The position numbers were made by a program, and so were the translations under genes. A DNA stretch of 58,732 nucleotides, taken from the NCBI GenBank assembly GCA_001724265.1, contig MEDY01000165.1, positions 1 through 58,732 on the forward strand, read 5' to 3'. Source of the stretch: Rhizaria sp. SCN 62-66. Taxonomy: Eukaryota. The notes below the pieces were generated by a model, which searched no databases, was not told the DNA's origin, and saw nothing but the letters and a program-made list of their open reading frames with translations. Of the stretch, positions 48,980 to 58,732 are shown in pieces (the first letter of the stretch is position 1; each line of letters begins with the position of its first letter).

Positions 48980-49705
48980 GCCAGCGTCTCGGTCCGCTGC
49001 TGCCGCTGTCGCGGCTGCTGTAGTTGAAAACAACTGGAGTCGAATGTTGGTTAGAATTGGCTTTCTTTAATAAGCTCTATTATTATAGAGACGGGAGAGT
49101 TAGGGGAGTTTCAGGCTTTTAAAATATGATCAAAAACACAAACATGAGAGATTCGTTCGTTTCGTTTTGCTGTCATGTCGCGTTTTGTATTTTCGTGTTT
49201 TCGTGTTTTGTTTAAAAGAATGTGTTCTGTGTGTATCTGAAGCGTTTGAGCGAGAGTGATTGTGACAACACACCACACACGTTTGCTAATTCGTTTATGA
49301 ATGGACGAACTTGGTGACGTTATTTAAGTTGACATCTCTCGATTAAGTACTTCTCTACACATATTCACAGACACGCGACTATGCTGAAAACATCACACAA
49401 ATTATCACAAACGAGTAACATTGCGTAACGCATGAGCGATTTCATACACATTACAAACTATTTACACCATGCTTATGCACTCATCCTTTTGTAAAACTTG
49501 TTTGTATTGTTATAAAATATCAATCCTGGCCATATCCATGCCATTTACACACGTTCAACAAACGGCATGCAATAGTTTCTATTTATCGTTTATTGTTCTA
49601 CACGTTCCGTGTTCCGTCATCGCGGAACCTAGTCGGTATTTTCCGCGTGCGCGGTATGAACTGTTAACGGTGGTCTCGTCTTGATGAGAACATTTGATGC
49701 TGCGT

Positions 49706-51318
49706 TCAGTCGTTGCGGCGCACGAGAGGCTTCCACTTGCGCTTGCGCAGCGCGAAGAGGTCTTCGATCATAAAGCGCGCCCGGCTCGAGAGACCGATCT
49801 TCTGGGCGACGACGGGGTCCTTGAACGGGCCGAGGCGCGAGAACAGCTTTTGCATGACGTGGCCGTCTTTCTCGTTCTGGTACGACTCGAGCTGCTCGCC
49901 GACGACAGTGAACAGGGACACGAGGGTGTCGACCTACAACAGCAAAATGCGCACAAAGGCAACAGATTCATGAGAGGATTTACAAAACAGATGTCAAAAT
50001 AACATAGATCAGACTGTCATAGAACCACGTGTCAATGAATAAGCATATACGGGCATGGATATATCCTTAAATGTTATAAAACGCGAGTGACGTACGTCTT
50101 CATCGACCACGGGAGGCGAGCTCATATCCTCAATCTGCATATCGAGGATATAATAGACAATGATGGGCACAATGACATCTTCCTTGTACAGCGCGCCGAT
50201 AAACGTGGCAAATCCGCGGCAGGCGCGGCGGAACACGCTGTATTCGGGCTCCTGCAGACACGTAGCAGGATCGCTGTTGGCCTTGATTTGGGCAGAGACC
50301 TTGGTGTACTTGGCCTGGCAAGCGCGCGCAACAGTGTTCTTGATAACTTTCGCTATATGATAAGCAGTAGCAGAGCGAAAAAAGATCGTTGGAGTGATTG
50401 TGAGAGGTGCGAGAGGTACAAAAACAAATTAATAGAAACAAATTAACAGAAACAAATTAAAATCCTTCGACGCGGAGAGTTGTACGGAACACATCGAATT
50501 TGCTTGAACAAAGAGAGAGGTACGTACGTGCAATCTTCTCGTTCATGTCGGACATTTTGCGAATGAGCGTCGCATAGAGCGGGACAAACGCAATCTCAAG
50601 CTCTGCCTTGGACATCAGGATGTCGATGATTTTGGGCCACAAGTCCTACAGAAACGTAAAAAATTATACATGCCCAAAAGCACAAATATGAGATGTTTGC
50701 GAACAAAAAAATAACTTAATTGAGAGAGATGGGCATCATAAGCTAATAAAATGAAGTCGAAACACTGTCAAAATCACAAAAAGTCAGAGCGACAAAGCGT
50801 GATTTCTCGTCCATGTTAGCACATACCTGTGCAGGCGCCACAGCTTCGGCAATCTGCTTCGCGAACTTATCCATCGTGCTGGTGTTGAGCTTGTTCAACG
50901 ACATGCGCACCATCTTCAGCGTGTCCTTCTCAAACGCCGCCTTGCGCGCCGCCTCCGCCTCCGCCTCCGCCGCCTTGGCAGCAGCCTCCGCCTTGGCCTT
51001 GGCCTCGGCATCGCCGGCCCGGGCCGCCGCTGCCGCGCGCACCGCCTCCTCGGCCGCCTTGGCCTTGGCCGCCGCCGCCGCAGCCTCCTCAGCCGAGCTC
51101 TTGCCGCTGCGCAGCGCGGTGGGCACGAAGCGCGTCTCGCTCGCCACGAGCGGCGCCGAGAGCTGGCTCTTGTCAATCAGGTTTCCTTCACAGTCGTACT
51201 TCAGAGCGGGCTCACTGCGCATGCCGCCGCCACCGCCGCCGCCGCCGCGGTAGCCGCCATGGCCCCCGCCGTGACCTCCACCGTGACCCCCACCACCGTA
51301 GCCACCACCACCACCGTA

Positions 51319-51351
<33 letters not shown>

Positions 51352-52700
51352 GCCGTAACCGCCGCCGCCACGGCCGCGGCCGCTGTCCCGGTTGCTGCGC
51401 TCCTGCTGCTTCTGGCGCCACAGCGCAAACGCGTCTTCATCACTCGCGGTCTCAAACGTGCGCGTCTGGAAGCCCGCCACGAGCTGCTCAGGCGCACCCC
51501 GGCCCCCGTGGCCGCCGCCGTGCCCGTGGCCGTGCGAGGGGGAAGAAAACTTCTCGCGGCGCAGCGCAGCGTTGCGCTACCATACGCCGTCGCCCGTGGG
51601 CGCGCCGGTGACGCGCGCGCGTGGCGTCACGGCGACCGCGGTGGCAGCGGCGGCGGCGGCGTGGCGCGAGATGGTCTTGTAGCCCTCGGCGAGGATGTCG
51701 CGGTAGATGGACGGCGAGAAGACGGGAAAGGCCTCGCGGTAGTGGGCGGTCGCCATCAGCGCGGGCCGCAGCTCCATCAGGCGCGTGCGCGAGTAGAACT
51801 TGCGGTTGGGCCGGTCTGACGCCTGAGTCGAGCAGAAAGCAAGCATTGAAAAATAAATAAATGAGAAGTGAGAATCGGAGTAGGCAAGAGCGCATAATTC
51901 TGCTGAATAGAAAGTCATTTTGAAGTTTCAGAAGTCGCCAAAACGCGTACCTTGACGTTGTCGTGCGCGTTGGGGGCGAGGCTCACCGAGTTGAGCTTCT
52001 GCGTTGTCGCCGCGCGGACGGCCTGTGTCAACATGCGCCGACCGGCAGCCGCGACCACCGGGCGCGAGGGTGTCGCCACCGGATCCGCGGCGGCACCGGC
52101 GTCGCCCGCGTCACTCGCCTCAGCAGCAGCTGCAGCTGCAATGGCCGAGCTAGACGGGGCGGGCGTGGCGAATGCTGAGCGCGCGGTAAACAGCACGCTG
52201 GCAGGGGTGCGCGGTGCCGCGCCAGCGGTGCTGCTCGAAGCAGCAGCAGCGGCAGGACGTGATAGCAGGATGGCGATTGTGGCACTGTTCTGCGCATCCT
52301 TGGCCTCAAGCTCCTCAACGCGGCCAAGCAGCGCGTCGTTTTCCTTGCGCAGGTCGTCGACGAGGCGCACCAGACCGTGCTCAGACTCGGGGTTCAGGTT
52401 GTCCATGACGAAGCTGAGGTCTTCCTCGACTTTCTCACGGTGCTCGCGCTCGTTCGCGAGGTCTTCGGTGAGCTCGTCGACCAGGCCCTCAAGGCTGCGG
52501 AGACGCATGGTGATGTACTTAATGTGCTCGACGGTGAGAAAGTTCTCCGGGTTGTTGGATGACGCCGCAGACTGGGAACTCGCTGTGAGGGTTGTAGCCG
52601 TTGTTGGGTCTGCAGCGCCCTGTTCGGGGCTGGCGACGGAAAAGTCATCAGCACCCTCGGGCTGGGGGTCCGCAGAGGGATGGGACTTCTCGGTGCTCAT
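49706..52700 (-). CDS. EIF4G: eIF4G-like MIF4G-domain translation initiation factor (~782 codons) containing one in-frame TAG at 51579-51577
   Basis: Exons 52700-51951, 51822-50827, 50645-50528, 50352-50096 and 49933-49706; terminal stop TGA. eIF4E-binding motif YxxxxL-phi (YSRTRLM, 51795-51775). G/R-rich region. MIF4G motifs VRMSLNKL..MDKF, KAELE...LYATL, FIGALYK, LFTVVGEQLE and SSRARFMIEDLFALRKRKW. Confidence 0.85.
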
Positions 52701-53102
52701 CGGGTAGAGAAGGACAACGAGGCTGCAAGGAAGTGCGCCTCGGTCTGCAGGGGCAAGGGAAGGCGGGAAGCAGTGGAGCGGGTGTTTCCAGAGCGGGCGG
52801 CGTCAGACTAGGGTTAGACAAGGATAGACATGACTGGAGATAGTATAATTAACAAAGCAGTCAGAAAATAGGCAATCATATACATACAGGAAAAGAAATT
52901 CCGTCTGACGACGTATTTGTCGCGCTACAGTTCGTCCAATATTTAGATAAATCTGACTGACTGGCGACCGTGGTTAGAAAGTGCGCACGGTCACTTGCCC
53001 GGTGGCAGACCGAGACACCGACCAAACCGTGGTCACGATCAAGTGACCTGATCCAGTGCTTTTGCACTGTCACTTCGAGACTTACTGTTTCGTTAGCACA
53101 TT

Positions 53103-55080
53103 ATGGTACGTGATCCCGCGATACCCGTTGGGTTTATTAACATGTTTTGTTTTTTATATCTTTCCCCGCGACCGTTAACCGCGTCATCTGGGCAGCGGTT
53201 GCGAGCGGCAAATGAGAGTGTGACACAGCGACGCACAAGCCACACGCACGCACCGATCCGCACACCTCACTCTCACTCTTTGCTTATGTCTCTTCCTTCT
53301 GTTCCTCACAGAGCACTACTCTTAAGTCCCTGAGTCTGCAGGAGCAGGACCCCGAGATCTTCGACCTCATCGCGGCCGAGAAGGACCGCCAGGTCAACGG
53401 CATCGAGCTCATCGCCTCTGAGGTCCGTCGCACTTTTTCTTTCGACGCATTTGCGTCGCTATTCCTGTCAATTCTTCTTCATGTTTCTGATTTTGATCTT
53501 TATATTCAAACACGATCTACGAGTTCTCTTGGTTAATATGCATTTTTGTCTGCATTTGCGCTCGTTGTATTCAAAAAAATATATCTCATCATCCTCCCAC
53601 GTGCCTCCCCATCGCCCCTTTCACCCCGCGCTACACCACGCGCTATTTTTTCTTTTTCACTTGACTCCCCCGTTCCCTTTTACAGAACTTTACCTCCCGC
53701 GCCGTGATGGAGTGCCTGGGCTCTTGCCTCACGAACAAGTACTCTGAGGGCTACCCCGGCAAGCGCTACTACGGCGGCAACGAGTTCATCGACAAGATCG
53801 AGAACCTCGCCATCTCCCGCGCGCTCGCCGCGTTCCGCCTCGACGCCGACAAGTGGGGTGTGAACGTTCAGCCTTACTCTGGCTCCCCCGCCAACTTCGA
53901 GGTCTACACCGCCTTGATCAACCCCCACGACCGCATCATGGGCCTCGACCTTCCCTCTGGCGGCCACCTCACCCACGGCTTCTACACCGCCAACAAGAAG
54001 GTCTCGGCGACCTCGATCTACTTCGAGTCGCTGCCCTACAAGGTCGATCCCGCGACCGGCCTCGTTGACTTTGTCAAGCTCCGCGAGTCCGCCAAGACGT
54101 TCCGCCCCAAGATCATAATCTGCGGTGGCTCAGCCTACGCGCGTGACTGGGACTACGTGCAGTTCCGCGCCATCGCCGACGAGGTCGGCGCGATGCTCAT
54201 GTGTGACATGGCGCACTTTGCCGGCCTGGTTGCCGCCGAGGCCGTCAAGAACCCCTTCGACTACGCCGACATCGTCACCACCACCACGCACAAGACGCTC
54301 CGCGGCCCCCGCTCCGGTGTCATCTTCTACCGCAAGGACGCCCGCGACTTCGAGAGCAAGATCGGCCAGGTACATTTAACAATATTCGGAATTGAACTTG
54401 TATATTTACTTTTGTATTTTCTTAAATTTAATGTTGATTCTCAAATGTGCGCATATCGTTCTTATATTCCCACATTTGTTTGTGTCTTTATAATGACTCT
54501 CCGATCGTAGGCCGTGTTCCCCGGCTGCCAGGGCGGCCCCCACAACCACCAGATCGCCGGCATTGCCGTGCAGATGAAGGAGGTTGCCTCGGCCGAGTGG
54601 CGCGAGTACGCCAAGACCGTTCAGGCTAACGCGCAGACCCTGTGCAAGGTCCTCACGACCAAGGGCTACGACATCGTCTCCGGCGGCACTGACACGCACC
54701 TCGTCCTGCTCGACCTCCGCAAGCACGGCATCTCGGGCGGCAAGATGCAGATCATCTGCGACGAGCTTGACATCACGCTCAACAAGAACGCCGTTCCCGG
54801 CGACCTCAGCGCCATCAACCCCGGCGGCGTCCGCATCGGCGCCCCCGCGATGACTTCGCGCGGCTGCGGCGAGAAGGAGTTCGAGCAGATCGCCGAGTTC
54901 CTGCACCGCGCAATCACGCTCGCCAAGGAGGTCGACGCCGCCGCCAAGGCCGCCAGCGCCGACGGCGTCGTCAAGCTTGCCGCCTTCACGGCCGCCGTCG
55001 CTGACTTCAAGGAGCAGACCAGTGCAATCCGCACTGAGGTCCGCCAGTGGGCCGGCGCCTTCTTCATGCCCGGCAACTAA
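53103..55080 (+). CDS. SHMT: Serine hydroxymethyltransferase, probably cytosolic (455 aa)
   Basis: Exons 53103-53105 (ATG only), 53312-53422, 53686-54369 and 54511-55080; stop TAA. Motifs [43 protein letters not shown]-lysine motif [25 protein letters not shown]. No transit peptide evident. Confidence 0.97.
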
Positions 55081-55787
55081 GTGCCGCCGACAGATCCAAT
55101 GTGAAGGACTACCGGTGAACTACGTGCTACCAACGAAGCACTCTGCATTACCTGAGAGGAAGTGGCTGTGTGGCTGCGGCGGCGGGGTGTAAGCGTTTAT
55201 TTTAAGAGCAGAGTTGTTGTTGTACGTGCGATGCGAGCTACTATTATCTTGTGTAAGATTACTAGTAGACGCCGTCGTACAAATGAATTATTCTTTGTAA
55301 TGTTTAATGACAGTAATTGCGCGATAAAATCGCGAGTAATTTTGTTTCCCCAATACAAAATGATAAAAAGATGTGAAAAGAAAATGCTTCCAAGTAACGT
55401 TGTGTGATACGCAGAGGTCGTCCGGAGGAAGTGAAATAACTTTATGGGGTCTACAAATCGATTAACTACTACAGTATAGCATACCCATGGTAGCTTTAGA
55501 ATGCAAACATTACAACAGAAAGGGAGCTCTCAATACAAGCATCGATAACAGATGCAAGTACACGATGAGCAATAACAATTACACTGACATCACATCAAAG
55601 TCACCAATAGCTGTCACTCAAGCGAACCGTTTTTCTAGTGCGAGTTTTCTTATAAGCTTATCCAAATTGACTGACAATAAACTGTTCAGTCCTCAAATCA
55701 CACAGCATGGCAAAGTAATGTCATTTTTGCAGCGAGCGATGTGTTACATGTACTTTGAAATGCGGATACTGCACACACACGTGTCGC

Positions 55788-57954
55788 TCAAGTCGCAGGC
55801 GTGGGCCGCTGGTCGGTGACACCGCAGCGGGGGCACGTGCGGCCTTCCTCGTCGCCGTAGTAGCTCACGATGCCCTCCTTGACCTGCCTGCCAAGGTCCT
55901 GGCAGTCGAACTCGCGTCGCCACAGTGCCGCAGTGCTGGCAGTGCCCGTGGGCTGCTCGCCAGTGACCGTGGGCGCTACAGTGACCGTGGTGCCAGTGAA
56001 GTCTCCCGGGCCGCCGATGCCGCCGAGACAGCCCGGTGTGCGGCAGTAGTACATCAGCGCGTCCTTCACGGGGCCCGTGGCGGCCGCGTGCTCGCTGCTC
56101 GCGCAGGCCACATTAGCATTCGCGGAGACACCAGAGGACACAAAGCCTGCGTTGACCGCGGTGGCACAGACGGGCTTCGCAGCGAAAGGGTTGGGGATCG
56201 CGCGGGAAACCTCGATAACGAGCCCGAGCGTGTCGGCAAAACGCTGCGGCGAGTGGGGGACGTTACCGGGCAGCAGGAAGCAGTGGCCCTGGGGGATGGG
56301 GACCGACTTGAACGCGCCAGCGTCGACGATGTCGAGCTGCATATCACCCTATCAAGAAAAAGGAATCAAAATTAGAACAATTTAGATTATGTTAATACCA
56401 TATATGTGATAGTGGCAGCTTATCTCGATTTCATTCGTTTGGGGACAGACATGTTTGTTTTGTGGCGACGTACTTTAAGCTGGTAAAACCACTCCTCGGT
56501 GGGGTTTACGTGATAATCCGTCCGGCGATTCGGTCCGCCGACAACCATAACCTTGAACTGTGTGCCGTTGCTGTGAAGAAGCTTGTTGCACACCGGGGGA
56601 AGTCTGTTGTTCCAAGTGTGCACACGGAGGTTAACAAAGTGTGCAGTGAACATGGTAAGCAAAGATATGACAGTGAGATAGAAGTAGTCAGGTGTACATG
56701 TGTACTAGAACGTTCATTGACATCACAAATATATGATATGATGCTATTTCAGTCTAAGCGCGCATATCAATAAATTCACGTACAATTCATGCTTATTGTC
56801 TTCGATCCAGCCCATCAGACTGCAGGGCGCGGGGTGCGTCACCGTGTTGATGACCGGGGCCGCCAGGTCACTTGACACACGCACACGTGCAGGCGCAGAG
56901 CCGCTGTGCTCGCTGTCAGCAGCGCCAGCGTAGACGGGGGCGGAGGCGGCGCCGGTATTTACATCAGGGTAAGGGGCGACGATGCTAACAAAGGAGACCG
57001 AGTCGGATGCAGGCAGACCGCCAGCACCGGCGGCCAACGCAGCGGTAGCCGCGGCGGCCTCACCAGCAGCAGCGGCAACAGCAGCGGCCTCAGCCGCCGC
57101 CTTCTGCTCGCTCTCGCCCTCAGTAGCGTTACTGGTGTCGTTCGCCTTTGCGGACTGCGCTTGCTTGGGCGGCTGGTCAACGACGCCGCAGCGCTTGCAG
57201 GTGCGCTTGTCCTCGCTGCCGTAGTAGTCCTGAATGACGCCGACGAGCTGCGTTCCAAGGTCGCTGCACGCGAAGCTGTCCTGGTGAGTAATGGCGCCGC
57301 ACCCGGGCGCGCGGCAGTACCACCGCAGCGAGTCCGTCGCGCCAGGCGGCCGCTCCAGCTCCAGCACCAGCCCGACCGAGTCGGCAACGCGCTGCGGCGA
57401 GTGCGGCGTGAAGGCGGGCAGCAGGAACTGCTCGCCGGCGCGGATGGTGATGTTCTTCTTGATGTTGCCGTCGATGACTGTGAGCGTCATCGAGCCGCGG
57501 AGCTGGTAGAACCACTCCTCCGTGGGGTTGACGTGGAAATCCGTGCGAGTGTTGGGGCCACCGACAATCATGACCTTGAATTGGCTTCCTGGAGCGCCGG
57601 GGAAGCAACGGGAATGAGTACATATGAGTTAGCAGGTGTGCGTTATTGATTGAAACCACAGTTTGGCGTAAGATAGGGCAAGACAGACCAAGTCTCCCAG
57701 GAGCAAAAACATGCTCAGCATGTACAAATATCGGCATCCTTGTTCTAAGCGACGTGAATTCGCTTACGCAAGGGATTCGAGACGCAGGTTATGCGAAGGG
57801 TAACATTTATCGAGGGTGAAGGAGGAAACGAACCTTTGCCATACATGAGCGTGTTGGCAACGGGAGGCTTGAGCTTGTGCCCGTTGGCATCAATCCAGCC
57901 AAGAAAGTCGCGTGCCTCAGCCGGGTGCGATTCACCAAAGGCAGTCGTGTACAT
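55788..57954 (-). CDS. HAAO: 3-hydroxyanthranilate 3,4-dioxygenase with two tandem complete HAAO domains (~538 aa)
   Basis: Exons 57954-57834, 57588-56784, 56603-56474 and 56348-55788; stop TGA. Each half contains GWI..N...L.PPV.N, VGGPN.R.D(F/Y)[20 protein letters not shown]....C and RTC.RCG. The start is provisional because the ATG is directly preceded by an acceptor-like CAG. Confidence 0.9.
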
Positions 57955-58637
57955 CTGGGAAGCTAACGAGATATGCAAAGTAGGACGATAAGGGCAGCAT
58001 GACGAGAGTTACATGGTCGGTTGGTGTGAGAAAATGACTGATTTAACATGTTATATGCTCTTAAAAGGAATAAAAGCTTATTGATAACGCACAATACCAA
58101 CGATTATATAGTATAAACTTAGTTAAAAGTTGGATTATGGTGGTATGGCTGCTTGAAACGTCATAGATATGCTGTGCTGACCGCAAAGCGCGAAAGTCAC
58201 GTGGATGCTTTACTCCGGACTCAGAATAGAGTACGAAGACCGCATGTAGAGAGCAAAATATTTGAGAAACATAGAAAAAGCAATAAAGTAGCATCGAATA
58301 ACGACTCGTCACTCCTTGTGACGATTAGTACAAGTCACAACACAAGTCGAGATCCCTCGTTTCAAGGCCCAATGAAGTGTCACTTCAAGCTCACGTGACT
58401 GCGGGGACACTTTAAGATGAACAGAGAGCGCTGGAAAGGGTTTAAAGTTGTTTTTGTGTATGGTGACATGCATATGTTCGCGATTTGAAACAAGTCGATG
58501 TAGTAACTTTGCGAGTATAGGTAGTAGAAGAGAGAGACATCGCTTGCCGCTCCGCCGTAACGGGGGACTGTCGCAGGAACAGCCACCAGAAGCAGAGGAG
58601 CAGCAGACGACCAAGATCGACAACAGCGGCAAGCTGC

Positions 58638-58732
58638 TTAGACCTTGAAGCCCATGGAAGAGCGACGACCACGTCCGCGCTCGAACTTGCGGCCCTTGGA
58701 CTCGACGAAGGGGCGAGTCTTGGAGCCGGGGG
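58638..58732 (-). CDS. RPL18: 60S ribosomal protein L18 (eL18), 3' end only (partial)
   Basis: Minus strand translates to PGSKTRPFVESKGRKFERGRGRRSSMGFKV followed by TAA, matching the eL18 C-terminus (..TKPYVRSKGRKFERARGRR..G.K). Absent from the ORF track because it runs off the window edge. Confidence 0.93.
   Translation of the reverse strand, partial: PGSKTRPFVESKGRKFERGRGRRSSMGFKV

Noticed and set aside
51577-51585. GTATGGTAG as a 9-nt GT-AG micro-intron removing the in-frame stop
   Set aside because: Far below any known spliceosomal intron length, and all other introns here are at least 111 nt.
47931-57954. ETFB, SHMT and HAAO as a metabolic gene cluster
   Set aside because: They belong to unrelated pathways, have mixed orientation, and are interleaved with eIF4G and RPL18. 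Ordinary housekeeping neighbourhood.
1-58732. CRISPR arrays, prophage, rRNA genes or intact transposons
   Set aside because: No spaced direct repeats, transposase/RT/integrase motifs or rRNA-like sequence seen. The repeats present are coding trinucleotide tracts.

Overview
Gene-dense eukaryotic nuclear DNA, probably from a protist (lineage cannot be assigned from this window). Exons are very GC-rich and full of Ala/Ser/Gln low-complexity sequence; they are interrupted by short (111-263 nt), AT-rich GT-AG introns. Manual splicing gives one tRNA-Thr(CGT) and 11 protein genes: a ~4,730-aa EGF/beta-sandwich-repeat membrane protein, a MyTH4-FERM myosin, a USP-family deubiquitinase, MED7, a polyQ SPIRAL1/Jupiter-like protein, a ~3,810-aa disordered/coiled-coil protein, ETFB, an eIF4G-like MIF4G protein, SHMT, a tandem two-domain HAAO, and the 3' end of RPL18. 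The strongest signal is a single in-frame TAG inside an otherwise intact exon of the eIF4G-like gene, lying between the eIF4E-binding motif and the MIF4G domain. None of the 11 genes ends in TAG, so readthrough, UAG reassignment, cryptic splicing or a sequence error are all possible. Also notable: an unusual GTACG 5' splice-site consensus (18 of 22 introns), a HAAO with two apparently intact catalytic domains, and a regular 5x(A+B) module array in the giant surface protein. All calls rest on motif recognition by eye; no database searches were run.
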